The notes: generated by a model not told the origin, from the sequence alone. DNA of 62,252 bases, filler included, from Rhabdomonas costata (GCA_019059605.1; 35 parts of 35 records of this genome joined end to end with filler, not necessarily neighbours in it), one strand, 5' to 3'; shown: positions 36,592-49,894, numbered from the whole stretch's first letter. A program made the numbers and translations.

Positions 36592-38225
36592 CTGTGGACC
36601 ACCACCCAAACGCACGCGTAATGCAGGACTTCGAATAAAAATAGTCAGTGCTACATTAAAAGTGAGTTTGAGATGTTCTCTAAAGGAGGCGTTTTTTTAC
36701 ATTGGCGATAGTTACTAGGGGAAGTCTGCTGTGGAATTTCTATTGAAATGTTGAATTTTAACTGCTTGGCTCGTGGAAAAAGGCATCTTCGCAAACGGCG
36801 ACCATAAAAGACGACATAGTGGCACAGCTTTCTCTTATACCACTCTTTGTTTAGCAACTTTTCAGCCCAACACTAAAACGACCTTAATGAGTGTCATTGC
36901 ATCTCGACTTTCGTGGTCCGTTTTTGCAGAAGTATCGTTTCAGCTGTATCTCTTAATTAGGACATGACCCGCGCCATGTGATGCCGACTACGCAGAAAGG
37001 TCGGCTGCAAAAACCATTCCCTGTTGTTGTTGATCGATGTGATGTTTTCCTTTTCGTACCAGGGCCTTTGTCTTCCGTCTTTTGTGTACTCCGGCCCCGC
37101 CTCCCTCCGTGTAAACTTCAACATTGCAAGAAAAAAATGCTGGCAATAACCTGCTTGCTAATGCTGCTGGGCTCTGGCGGACGGACTGGAGAGGCATTTG
37201 TTCATAAAAGAAAAAACCGCAGCCGATCCGGGACTGTGGCGGACGGCTGACGCGGCGTAGCCTCAAGTAGGAGGAACCAAATACCACAACAAATGCCACT
37301 CGCACCAAGAATCCGACCCAAATGCCCAAAAACANNNNNNNNNNNNNNNNNNNNNNNNNNNNNNNNNNNNNNNNNNNNTTAATTAATTAANNNNNNNNNN
37401 NNNNNNNNNNNNNNNNNNNNNNNNNNNNNNNNNNTGTTGGGGGGTGTGCATCTATATGTGCTTGTGCAGGCGTATGTGTCTGGGAGCGCTCCTCGTTTCT
37501 TTTTCTTTTGATTTGCTGGAAGCTGCTTGATGACTGTCTCGCGGGGGAGGGGGGTCGATCCGACAATTCTGGCTTACGCTCGGCTGCCATGCTTGGTATG
37601 TGGAAAAGTATTACCAGCAGCGATCCTCAAGATTTGCGAAGTCAAGCCTCCTCCAGAGTGGTTATTGCGGATGCTTTTTTAGGCTTTTGGCACATGTGGT
37701 CCCCGAACCTTTTAGATGGTGCCCTTGCCTCTTGTGGTTCAAAGACTGAGCAAAGGGGAAGGAGGGGTTCCTTTTCCAGTAATTTTATTAGACTGTTTTG
37801 AATGGGGTTTCAGGGTGTTTTTTGAGGGAATTGATGATTGAGGTTGAGCTTTGCAGGGATGTGACACGTTGATTAATATTGAAGGTTTTCACGGTGGTCC
37901 GAGGTTTTTTTAAACGAGCCAACAACGTATTCCTCCGTCTCCCATAACCCCCCCCCCCTCCACACACACACACTCCCAGACATGCTAACTTTTCTTAATC
38001 AACCCCTATGATTTAACACGGGCTCACCCAAAAAAGAAATGAGAAATCTGAACCGTTTGCATCTGTCTCCGTCTCTGGTATAGTGAGTTTGCAGCGGTGC
38101 ACATGTGTGCGCCGTGTTCTTTTTCACTTTCGTGAAGTGAAGAGGAGGATGTAACAACGGCACGAAAGAAGCTGCCCCCTCGCTCACTTATGTCTCTCAC
38201 ACTCATGTATTCTGGCGATGCTCAG

Positions 38226-38364
38226 ATGGGAAAGACAATCATAGCGGCTGCTCTGGTGGCTGCCCGGCCTCTGCGCGGGCCCGCGGGCACAAGAAAGCAG
38301 GGGCTGGGTCCCCGCAAGTTGCGTTCTGGAGGGACCTTGGTCGTCACCGGGGTCTCTTTGATTG
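38226..38364 (+). CDS. SNF2-family (Rad5/16-like) ATPase exon, motifs I-Ia
   Basis: CAG|MGKTIIAAALV…RSGGTLVVTGVSLIG|GT matches (E)MGxGKT and GGTLVVxPxSLxxQW. Confidence 0.7.
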
Positions 38365-39214
38365 GTACGGGGTGGGCATGGTTGCCTCTTTTATGGACCA
38401 TGCCTATGCCGATTCAACCCTTACTGTTTTCATTCGCTTTGGCCAGGCCAATTGATTAAGTGTATTTTGGAACCGTCTCCGAAAATATAGCAAGTATATT
38501 CACAACAGTTGCATCTGATAGAATCTGCAAGTGAATTCGTCCGTGGCGTTTCAAGTTGACGCTTTTTTTGGTCTGCATTTTCACCACTGGGCTTTTGTAA
38601 CACATACAGTCCCTTCATGAATGCGTTTGGTTGTCAACTGCATAAACTCTTACAAGATGCATGCCCGAGGTATGCAACACCGTCCCGACTTTTCTGGTGC
38701 CGATCAAACAAAATTGTCGTGCGGCATGGGGCCCCCTCACCCGGTCGAAGTGGAAGTTTTGGGCGGGGGGGAGCACTTCGAGCGCGAGCCGGTACAAACA
38801 GAGATGAGGCAGCAATCCCTCCCCTCCTCCCACTATGGCGCGTGATTTGTCTCTTTGAGGTGTGGAACCCATAGCACCACGGGAGCGTTTTGATGCAGCA
38901 TTCCTCCTCTGGCAATGGGGCTTTGTTGTGCGTTTCGGGCATTTTAGATTCTGAGCTTTTTGCCTTCGATTGGCAGGGACCTGGGCTAAATGATAGTCTA
39001 CATGGCTTCCCCAATGAATTTCAGTTGCTCAGCAAACACAAAAGAACCACTCGAGCGATGCCAAAACATGGACAGACAAGAGATACGGGCAAAAAACCGG
39101 GGGAGGTGAGAAATNNNNNNNNNNNNNNNNNNNNNNNNNNNNNNNNNNNNNNNNNNNNTTAATTAATTAANNNNNNNNNNNNNNNNNNNNNNNNNNNNNN
39201 NNNNNNNNNNNNNN

Positions 39215-39931
39215 TGTGGTGGGGAGGTGGACCGGGGCTGCGCGGAGGTTTTGGCGAAGGCCCCCGTAGGGGGCTTCACTGTCGTGGGAATCGGAGTGGT
39301 ACACCTCCTTGCCTCCTTCCGCTGCTCCTTGCTAACTCTCTCGCTCATTCACTCACTCTCAACGACTGCCTTTCCTCCTTGGGCTGCATTTGGAACCCTG
39401 AAATCGTAGATGGGCTCTGGGGTGTTTGCGTTCTTTCCAATGCATGGAAAAGCAGACAGCACGACTCTGTGTGCGTCTGCGTGCATCCCTGAGTTGCAGT
39501 AATGGGTAGAGACACGGGCACTCGGGCGCCGGGAAACACGCAGCACTCTCCAACCCCTCACTGTCACCGTCGAATTTGGGGAACCTGCGGAGTGCACTTT
39601 GAGAGTGTGTATTGCAGTGAGCTTTGGGGCCGGGGATGCCCGGCACTTGTGGAACGTGCAGCAAAATCTGTGAGAGTCGAAAAGCCCACAAATTCTTGTT
39701 CCGTGGGGCCTCGGAATTTCGAGGCGACTGTCATCTTCACGGCTTGTCTTTCTCCCTCCTCCCCCCGTTGGATTGCAGGGCGAGGATGTGGAGGAGGTAT
39801 CTGGAGTGTTTGCGAACAACGTTTGCGTGCGGGAGGTGGAGGAGCTCCCGGAGGCCGTGGGGCGTGTGTTGCGGCATAGCTTGGACCCTGGCCACACAGG
39901 AGCCGCCAAGGGCACCCGTTCCCGGGTGTGA
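39215..39931 (+). CDS. vWA-domain C-terminus (CobT/NorD-like), last two exons
   Basis: Exons to 39298 and 39779-39931(TGA) give FTVVGIGVGEDVEEVSGVFANNVCVREVEELPEAVGRVL, a typical vWA terminal beta-alpha-beta-alpha pattern. Confidence 0.6.
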
Positions 39932-41338
39932 CCTGTGCTGCATCAAGTGATTTCTCTTTGCAACTTGTGGGGTGCCGGCCCGCTCGTTATGCCTGTGCCT
40001 CATTTTTTCGCGTATTCGTTCCTGTGCACACCAGGTTGGTTTTCAGCAGTCTTCTTTTGCACTGAACACTATAACGACGAGGGTTCCGAGGTGCCACGGA
40101 ATGGGCATACAGACTTCTGCGCGGCTTATACGCACTAGAAGAAGGAGCGCACCCTTTTTTGTTCTTTTGGTAGAATAGGTGATAGGGAGGTCCTCTTACG
40201 CGTTTAATCTCACAACTGTGGGCCTTCTTTCTTCTTGCTTTCTTCTTGTTCCCTTGCTCCCACGTTTACATTACGGCCTAGCTCGCCCCCATGCCCCCTC
40301 CATGCCCCATCCCGGCAGCCACTGCCATCACCACCCTCATCGTCATCGAGCTTGCTGTTCACGTGGCATTCATATTTGTCACCCCATTTCCGCGTGTTCT
40401 GGCTTTCTACTTTTTGGGTTGCATTGGCTCTCCGCCACTGCACTTTGGCACATCAGGCGTGTTTCTACGCTCCCTGCGCGCTGCACCAAACCCTGTTGTT
40501 GGAGAAAGGTGGTTGTGATGAGTGACTGGGGGTGCTCGCCAAAAATTGCAATGTCAGGAATGGGTGGAACGGGCCTGACGCCGGGCCGGGGGGCATGGGA
40601 CTGTGAGAGAGAGAGCCTCCAAACGGGAGCACAGGGGGGCATGTCAGGTTCTTCTTTTTGTTGATCATGCCTCCCTCAAAGCTGAGTGAGGGCCCATCTC
40701 CCCATTGCTGGCGGTTTAGCAGGTTTGAAAATAGAAAAATGACATTGGCATGCATTTCGTCCCTCGGCAGAACCGTGCTCCCTTACTTCTTGCCTTCTTG
40801 TCTGTATGACCCGATCTCGATCTGTCTCGTCAGTCATCCGCAAATTTTTCCTTTGTGACCTTGTGGGCCAACCAACCCCAAACACACCCACCACNNNNNN
40901 NNNNNNNNNNNNNNNNNNNNNNNNNNNNNNNNNNNNNNTTAATTAATTAANNNNNNNNNNNNNNNNNNNNNNNNNNNNNNNNNNNNNNNNNNNNGTGGTT
41001 GTTTAAGAATGGGGCAATCATTGGTTAGTCGGTCAGTCATCTGCACAGTGCGAGTGTCGATCTGGCTTATTGGTGAATGAGTTTTTAAACGGGCTCGACT
41101 AGCTCACTGTGAAATCTCTGTGCCTCTTTTAACAGGATATCAGTATTCTTGGCGTCCCTGTACCTATTTCTTTGTATTGAACCGTGTCCTCTGTACTGCC
41201 GAAAGGGCTCGTGGAAGGTGTGGGGTGGGGCCGTGGGCTGGCGTGTGAGAGTCCTTGCTTTGCCCTCGCATGAGTGTGCCAAGGCGAGTACCACTGTGAA
41301 CAAGCACAGGCTGCGGGGGCCTCCCTGCTGCCAAATAA

Positions 41339-42463
41339 ATGGAGAAGTTTGGCTATGAACGGATCAAGGTGATCGGGAAGGGCGCCTTCGGGTCCGCGGT
41401 TCTGGTGCGGTGCCGGAAGGATGGGCGGAAGTATGTCGCTAAGGAGATCAACATGACCCTGATGAAGAAGGAGGAGCGCGACGAGGCCATGCACGAGATC
41501 AAGGTGCTTTCCAAGCTGTGCCACCCCAACATCATCCGCTACATGACCCACTTCGAGGCCGGGGGGATGCTCTACATCGTCACGGAGTACGCTGACGGAG
41601 GTTCGCGTGGCCCCCATCCACGCCCCTGCACAACGTGACAAACGGCGCCATCGGAAGAGTTTTGGTGGTTTTGCTGAATGTCGTGCAGTCCCATTTGCAA
41701 GACCATCAACTTTTGATAGGAATGAAGTGTTAGTTTTGGCGTTGGACATGGCTGAACTTTTTCCTTAGCCCTTGCCTTGCACTGTTTCTTTCCCTTATCT
41801 GTGTTCTGGTTTCTCAGGGGATTTGGATACGAAGATCAAGAACCAGCGCGGAGTTCGCTTTCCGGAGCCCACCATTTTGCACTATTTTGTCCAGGTGGGC
41901 CTCTGCAGACATTACTGTCTTTCAGAACATCGTGCTCTGAACGAGACATGCGGTGTAGCTTGGCGGGACACAATCGTTGTGTAATCGTGAGGGTGCGCTG
42001 GAGATTCCGGTTGTCCGGCATAGTCTCCTCGGAAGTGGTGCTGTCCTGTGCAATTGGTGGCTAGGAGTGAGAAAGAGCAAAATTGCTGTGTAGATTCGCT
42101 GACGACACGTATGAGACGGAATACACGTGATTCGTAGGTCGGCTGCGACAATTTGATTCGGGGCTCTGCTTGGAAGCGTCCATGTGGCGCAAGGGGGTCA
42201 CGTCATGACGCAAGCAGTCGCAACCCATGCTTTGCGTGTCCGTCCGTGAGGGTGGGAGTGCATTGCGGAAGCTGTTGAACTAGTGCCGTTGTGTTCTTCT
42301 TATGAGTGGGCAATATTTCCCCTTCTCCCTGCGACCCTGAAAGTGGTCATGGGGCTTCCACAGGTTTGCATGGCCCTAAAGCACCTCCACGACAAGAAGA
42401 TTCTCCACCGTGACCTGAAAGGGCAGAACGTTTTCCTGACCTCAAACAACATGGTGAAGCTAG
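41339..42463 (+). CDS. NIMA-related (NEK1/3/5-like) Ser/Thr kinase, first three exons
   Basis: Exons 41339-41600, 41818-41894 and 42364-42463 are GT-AG and in phase. Motifs [56 protein letters not shown]. Confidence 0.95.
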
Positions 42464-44362
42464 GTACAGGCTCCCGCCACCCCTCCCTCCCTGATGCTCA
42501 CCCGTTTTAGACGTAGATGTACAGTGTCTTGTCGTTCTCTGTTCTGGGTTTCTTGTTTGACTTCCTTCCTCCGCACCAGATCCCCACATTCGCCTGTTTG
42601 CTTTCTTCACAGGTTCCATCCCTGCGACTGGTTCCACCCGACCCTTTGCATTACCCAAATGCCATATTCTGCGTNNNNNNNNNNNNNNNNNNNNNNNNNN
42701 NNNNNNNNNNNNNNNNNNTTAATTAATTAANNNNNNNNNNNNNNNNNNNNNNNNNNNNNNNNNNNNNNNNNNNNTTTGTTTTCATCTCGCTTTGTGTCGT
42801 TAAAGGCACACCGATTTTGCCGCCAGTATATCGTGATACATCCTTTGTTGTGTCTCTAGGTCGAAGGCAGTGCAGTGTGTAGTGTACACTCCGGTTGTGG
42901 GGGATGCCCCTGTCGCGCGAGAACCGCCCTGCTGTGCCGATGAGCAGGTCGCTTGTGGTGGTCACTTTGTCTTTCTTCTTTTTCCGGAACGCTGCGTGGA
43001 AACATTCTTTTAATGTGGTTGGTGTGTTTGGTTGAACCCGAAGTTGGCCTGACACAGAACGGGCATCCCTGCCCGAGCGCTTCCCTCGCTTCAACGGTAT
43101 GCAGCGTCGGAGCTGGGAATTTCACTTTTCACCCTTTTCATGATGCCTATTGAGCAGAAGCCGCTGACCTCACCTATGCCTTTGCTTAACAGTTTACTTT
43201 GGGGTGGATGATTCAGGTGGAAGATGCGGCTAGTCCCGACCCCAGTGCCGGTGAGAATATGGTCCGCGGGGAGGAAGCCGAGGAGGATGCGCAAGGTGCC
43301 ACCCCCTGCCTCTGCCTTTCTCGGTGTTTCCCTCGCCTCAGAATTTCTGCGAGAGTCAGGTATGCTCCGCAGACCTATCCTCCGCAGACCCCCCCTTGCT
43401 GCACACAGATTTGCACTGGTCGCAATTCTCTGCTCGGGATTGGGCATCAAAAGCTGAATACATTCTGTGGTTTTATGCTAATCGTTTCCAAACCGACACG
43501 ACGCTTGCTCGTACGAACCCATTGCTTTGTTTTTGTTACGATCAACTCCGCTCTGTGGCGCAATTTATGTCTATATCCGTTTGGATGCGCCTGTTGAGAA
43601 GTCTTGTGTGACCTTATTGCGGTGGGTCGCCGTTTGCAGGGCAGTGCCGAGAAGCTTGTGAGATATCGGCCTACCCCACCACCGGCGGGGTGTGCCGCCA
43701 GGTTGTGGCCCGATACAGGCCCTGGGCTTTCTGCTATCCTTGAAATGGCAATGCCTTGTGAAATTGACCTGCTCCGGGACCTCATGTTCCCTATTTTCCT
43801 ATTGACTTGCTCTGAAGTAGATTTGTATGATATCTACCGGACCAAGGAATTACCGGCAGTGGAACACCTGTGTGTGGGGCGGCGTATACAAAAAATCCAA
43901 AGTCCCCGAATGCGCAAAGCGAAACTTTCGATGCTGTTTAATTCCAGCAATTTGAATCGAGTTCGTGGTCGATCGGTCTCTTTTTCTTCTTCGAACATTC
44001 GGCGTATGTTCTGTGCACTGCTTCTTTTCAGTGGGCGTACTACGGGCGGTGCACCCGTAGGCGGTGCAGGGATCCTCACCCCGACATCCCCACGGCCGCT
44101 CGCAAGGCGCTGTACCAGAGCGCCATCCGGGCGCGTCGAAAGGCATGCGCCTTAACATCCCATCGCCCCTTTCCACTCGCCACATCTTTCCGTCAATGAA
44201 TTCGATGGGACGCATCTCACTGCCAAAGCCTCAAACCCGTTCTATACAAATCTCCATCACCCACACCGCCCACGATGCATGCCTCACATCTCTTTCCGAT
44301 TTACTGGTGCCTCGCGGTTTTTCTGTCGCATGGTGACCAATAGACAGTGAGCAAATTGTTGC

Positions 44363-44430
44363 TGGTAGCGTGACGCCTTTTTGAAAGCGAATGAATATTC
44401 ATTCGCTTTCAAAAAGGCGTCATGCTACCA
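44363..44430. repeat. 68-bp spacerless palindrome
   Basis: TGGTAGCGTGACGCCTTTTTGAAAGCGAATGAAT|ATTCATTCGCTTTCAAAAAGGCGTCATGCTACCA; 33 of 34 pairs match. Confidence 0.95.
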
Positions 44431-46334
44431 TATCACCTAAACTCACCCAACACANNNNNNNNNNNNNNNNNNNNNNNNNNNNNNNNNNNNNNNNNNNNTT
44501 AATTAATTAANNNNNNNNNNNNNNNNNNNNNNNNNNNNNNNNNNNNNNNNNNNNGGGTGTGGGGGCGATTGAGTCCAGGCCCCCCATTCGCTTCCTTACA
44601 ATTCCTCGGGTTTATCCTGGACCTCGGCGGTGTGCTGGCCCTCAAACGTTGTGCTTTGCGGTGGTGCCTGCGCGCCGTCGCTGGTGATGCCATTTCGGTG
44701 CTATTCTCGCATCGATTTTGGCACCTGGATGTATACAGTGAGACGCATGACTTAATCAGTTCACATTGTGTTAAAAACGAGGGCGGTGGACAGTTTTCCC
44801 ACTTGCCCGTTGGCATTTGCTCAAACACCTCAAAACTGTTTAGACTAAACCTTAAACCGTCGCAACGTCACAAACACATGGGAGATCCCCACCCCGTCAA
44901 GACGGTGAACGGGGATGTCCAGCGCCCCCGGCCCCCGCCCACACACCTGAACATCCCTACCGGCCCCTTGCAGCGTCGAAGTGAGACCCAGGGTCCATTG
45001 AACCAAAACGAAAAAACGCGGGCTGGTACTGTTTTGGTGTGGATAAAAAAGTCTCCATCTCTCCAAACTGAGGTCTCTTGACACACGACCTTAGGTGCCC
45101 AGAGATATTGCTTGCAAAATCGTAATGCACACTAGCTATTATTAAGACCACAGCGCAAGGGATGTCAGACCACTCACCTGCTCTCTGTCACCCACGGCCC
45201 GCGCGATGAAACAAAGTGCACTACACGACCCCGCAGACAAAGCGACGCCAGTCGCTGCCGCACGCGGCTGAGTCGAACGAGTTGGGAACCACAACGGGGA
45301 TAGTGCGCGCGCACACATAAAACACAAACAAAGCTAGATCTATGTCAAGAGATCTCGAGTCCACCCCCACCACACTCTGCTCAGTGCAAGACTCCGAGCG
45401 ATGCGAAAAAGCGAAATCCAAGCCCAGAGGAGAGCGCGATGGTCGACCCGAGCTGGCGGGGGCTTTGTTGGACGTCCCACCATTTCTGAAACCGTTCCAA
45501 ACGGAAACCCCCCGCTCTTCATTTACAGAGAAGCCGGTTGTCGGCTGTCGAATGCACAGCGCCGGCCACATAGAAGGGGGCGAACCAACCGCAGCAACAA
45601 AACGGAGGGTAGAGAGATTGAGGGAGGGAGGTAGCAGAGTATTTACAGACAGGCGGAAGGTCCCGCAATAGCAAGGAAACGAAACGGAGCTGAACGCACA
45701 CAGAGGGACGAGACTGGCAAGCAAAGAAGTGGGACGCTTCTAAGATGTACGTAACATATGACAATGAGACAGGTGGGCTATTCTCGGTGCTACCTCTGGA
45801 TCTGAAACTGGAAAAAGGTAATTGCAGTGAATGGTTCTCGGACCGCGGGGTTAGCATGCCTTGGGAAAAGAGCTGAGGGTACGGATCCCGCTAACTGTAT
45901 GCAATCATAAGGCCCGAGCTAGATGACTGTTGGAGCCACAGTAGCGTGGGATAGACGTTAGCATTTATTTTAGCTTTCGAAAAATACACGCCCGAAAAAC
46001 CTGATCAAATACTCACGTGCCCCTCCCTGCAGTGGACTAACTCATTCAGGTGGAAGAGCTGATAACCGACTTTTGCTAAAAACAATTCTGCAAACTACTA
46101 CTACTGCTACTAAAGCCTTTCCAACATAGACGTACTAAAGAAACGCACTAAATACACCGCAACCGCCCAGTAATGGGAGTGTGTGAAAGGAGTGACAACT
46201 AAAACCATTAATGAACTTGTCAGTCAAAACCACANNNNNNNNNNNNNNNNNNNNNNNNNNNNNNNNNNNNNNNNNNNNTTAATTAATTAANNNNNNNNNN
46301 NNNNNNNNNNNNNNNNNNNNNNNNNNNNNNNNNN

Positions 46335-46859
46335 GGGGGTGGTGGTCAATTTTTCGATCCACTCCGTGAACACGCCATCGGAGTTGTTAGCTGTGAGGAC
46401 GGGAACCGCGGCGTAGGTCATGGTGAGGGGGCAACCCGTTCCTTGCTCAAGCTGGTAGTGCAGGTAGCTCAGCGCTGCACGGGAAACTTGTTGACCAGGT
46501 CGTTTCCAAGCGAAAGAGGGAACCTCGTTTGCGATCGCTACTTCCATAAGCTTATGGTAGCTGTCGACAAAGGTCGCACCGTTGATGCGGCGGCCCTGGC
46601 AGTCGAACGGGGTGAAAACTGGACCGGAGTCATTGGCCAGACGAGCGTGCTCCAGCCAGCCCGCGTTGCCGACGATCTCGCCGTACTTGGAAAGATGAGA
46701 AAAAACATCTGATGAAGGAGACTCGTAATGCTGAACGCACTCATGAAGGCGGCGGTTGGCAGTGAAGGCATTGAAGCCCTCCATGAGAGGAACCTGGTTA
46801 ATCACTTCATGAGTCTCACGGTGAAATGCCTGCAGCAGGGGTCGCAGAGAGCGCATCAT
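46335..46859 (-). CDS. aidB: AidB-like acyl-CoA dehydrogenase, N-terminal part, intronless over 525 nt
   Basis: Motifs THEVINQVP, FDCQGRRI…F..SYHKLM and RAALSYLHYQLEQGTGCPLTMTYAAVPVL match the AidB family. N-terminus MMRSLRPLLQAFHR is Arg-rich and non-acidic. Confidence 0.85.
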
Positions 46860-46885
46860 TCTCTGACCAAAGGCTGTAGACCCTT

Positions 46886-46910
46886 CTGGGAACAAAAATG
46901 AAATGTAGAA
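46886..46910 (-). promoter_or_regulatory. Pyrimidine tract + CAG 26 nt before the AidB start codon (candidate trans-splice acceptor)
   Basis: TTCTACATTTCATTTTTGTTCCCAG immediately upstream of a short 5'UTR. Confidence 0.5.
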
Positions 46911-47782
46911 TCGAATGTGAAAACCATAAACACGGAGAAAAATGAGACGGATGTTAACGCTGCTAGTAGAGAACAGCGTTACAACTTGAATCCGCCATAT
47001 TATGCCTGCAACAGCAATGTCAATTTATTATCGCTTTGCGCGCTGAGCGTACCGCAAGAAAACCGTGGCAAGAAAGAACAAAACTGCCCTCGTGGAGGAT
47101 TCACGGCGTAGAAGGAAATCAAATGAATTTACAGCTTCGACCTTTTGGCGATAGGGTATGCAGGGATGTTAGCTTTTGACATTCTCCACTTATTTGTTTC
47201 CTGCTCACACGCTTTTAAGGACTGTGAGCAGAACAACAAACCAAACCCAATTAATTTCCGTTACGAAAAAAGGTTTAAAGCATCGTTCAGATAAACGATA
47301 AGCAAACGTTTATAGTTCACCTTCAGTGAAACGCAAATCCTCCAAATATCAGATTAGTAAAGTGTGATGATCAAGCTCGAAGTTAAGTTCACAAGGTAAG
47401 GTGGAGTACCCAAAGCCCACTCTGACCCACAAACCCCAGACCCCAGAGGAATCAAAAATCGGAGACGGAGGCGAGGCGCAGTTTGCAGAGGATGCGCGGA
47501 ATTCCACGAGTGAAATCCAGCCTACAACCATCCCGTTCGTGCCTGAAAGTCTCCGCAGCACTCCGTTAAGACCCAATGAAAGGCGAAGAGTGGAGAGCTC
47601 CTGAAAGGTAGGTGAATGTTGGCAAAAGAGGGAGTTTGCTAAAACAGAGCACCAAAACCAAGATACCTCTGTTCGCGGAAGCAAGAGGACAAAGCACAAA
47701 CTCTCAGTAGGAGAGGCTTACTAAGCCTCAAGTCCGCAAACAAGGTAAGGAAGGGAGTAAAGTGAGCAAACACTAGCCAGGC

Positions 47783-48014
47783 TCAGGAAAAGACAGTGTA
47801 GGTGCTCGCATGAAGTACAATCGAGCGGGTCGACGCGATGCATCCCATGATACCCACGCAGGTCAGCGACACAGCGATGACCACGTTCACCCAGAACTCC
47901 AAGCTGCGGACGCTGGGCCGGCGAACCTGAAGCCAAAGTACCGACGGCAGCACAAACGTGGTGGGCGTGGTGCCGATCGCACCAACCAGACCCATCAGGT
48001 CCCCAAAACACCAC
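47783..48014 (-). CDS. Amino acid/auxin permease (AAAP; LHT/GAT/ProT-like), C-terminus
   Basis: FGDLMGLVGAIGTTPTTFVLPSVLWL…FWVNVVIAV…GCIASTRSIVLHASTYTVFS-TGA matches the plant-type AAAP tail. Confidence 0.85.
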
Positions 48015-49894
48015 NNNNNNNNNNNNNNNNNNNNNNNNNNNNNNNNNNNNNNNNNNNNTTAATTAATTAANNNNNNNNNNNNNNNNNNNNNNNNNNNNNN
48101 NNNNNNNNNNNNNNGTTTGTTGGGCAACCTGTTGTCCGGTGTGTTTAGATTGACTTCTCACCCTGAGAGTGGTCACGGTCTGCCCCCTGAAACATGACCG
48201 CAACGAGCAAGGATCCAGGAGGCATGGCTCGATCACACCGACCACGTTATATCTTCCGCACGACCGGGTTGCGGGCATCTGCTATGCCATGCGGAGTTCC
48301 AATATGCGTTTGAGACAACCTGTATCCAGTATCCAGTAAGGCAGAACATTGGGCGGTTTCTTTTCGACGAATCACCATTATAAACGAGATGGAGATCGAG
48401 AAGAGAGGAGAGGGCACGGCGACACGAGCAGCACGGCATCTCACTGTTTGTTAGCTGCACTTCGGCTCACAGTCTGGCGAACCACTCTCACATTTATGCC
48501 AAGACTATAACGCAGAGTGACCAACGATCCGCCGCGCAAATCAATGTTCCCTGTGATGATCAGAAATTCCCACCGCATGTAAACTTTGGTTAGCAAGGTT
48601 AAGCGGTGTGAATCGTTTCCGACATGGGGGCTGCAGAGCAGTCCGCAAACATATGACAGAAAGAGCCCGCCAATTCGGAGAGAAAGGAGGGCTGGGGAAA
48701 TGCTAACCAAGGTCAGTGCATCCTTCAACGCTGTGGCTCCAAAACCCGTCAGGAGCGGAGTCACCGCGAGTATCTCGAGGCGCTAAGCTCGGTCCAGCCT
48801 GCACTGTGGTGGAACACCCACCTTCGGGTGTGCCGGCCGGGCTGGGTGGTCCCGCAGTGGCCCGCAAACTCCCGTGGGCTGACCGCCGCCGCGGAGCTCA
48901 TGGAGTTCGTTCCCCTCCTCCTGCCTTGCTCTTCCCTGTCCTGCGCAGTTGCACACACTCTCTCTCAAACGACAATTGAGGGGATACCCCAATTGAGGTG
49001 ATGCAGCGCCGTTCCCTAATGGTACCTCTTGCATGCGCCGCCCGTCAGTGCACAACAGTCGCCAAGAGTCAGTCGGGGAACAGCCAGTGCGCTGCCAAGA
49101 AACGGCGCTGAAGAGGACCGCGTGTTTTTTTCCTCAAGAAGGAATGACAATTCATTAAAATATGGTTTGATCAGAGGTAGGGAAAGGATGGAAAGGAAGT
49201 GTAGGTACAGACGCTGAGATGTGTGTCGAACAACGAAGGATGCTCTGCCAGACGCGGGCGCTAGAATTGTCCCCCTGCAATGCCAACGCTGTATCTTTTT
49301 CTTTCCTTTGGTCTCCCTTTTTCTCATTCTCTCCACAGGCTCGCTTCGGATTGCCTCTGCAGCTACGCTCCGACCTCTGCAGACACGCGATTCGAGTACG
49401 TTGATTTCCCTCACCCTCCTCCTCTTCCGTACAGTCGTCTTCCCTTGACAGTCACTCTTTTGTTGCTGCTGCTGCTGCACCTCCCCTCCAAGAGAGACGC
49501 GCCCGCTCACATGCAAAATATGACATAACTTTCTAGGGCATCCTGTTCTCCTTTTCTTTTATTTAACCTGTTGAACATGTTGTGACTCCAATTCACGGCG
49601 TAACATCAGAAGAAAAGTCTTCAGAACAGAGAAAAACGCGGACAGCTTCAGGCGCCACTAGAACATGCGCGTGTCGTGTATGTCATATATCAGTATGTAT
49701 TTTGTATGTTTATGATAGCTTAGCGTCCGTTGCCTACCAATACCTTATCGTGAAAAGCTTCAACTCCATCTCCTTCTTCATCCCACCGCAAAACNNNNNN
49801 NNNNNNNNNNNNNNNNNNNNNNNNNNNNNNNNNNNNNNTTAATTAATTAANNNNNNNNNNNNNNNNNNNNNNNNNNNNNNNNNNNNNNNNNNNN

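Noticed and set aside
44557-44760. LQFLGFILDL as a DIRS-type reverse transcriptase motif
   Set aside because: Isolated short match with no YxDD or other RT motifs in the contig.
47364-47425. TGATGA…CTGA as a box C/D snoRNA
   Set aside because: Antisense to the flanking genes, weak terminal stem, no identifiable rRNA target, and such motifs occur by chance.
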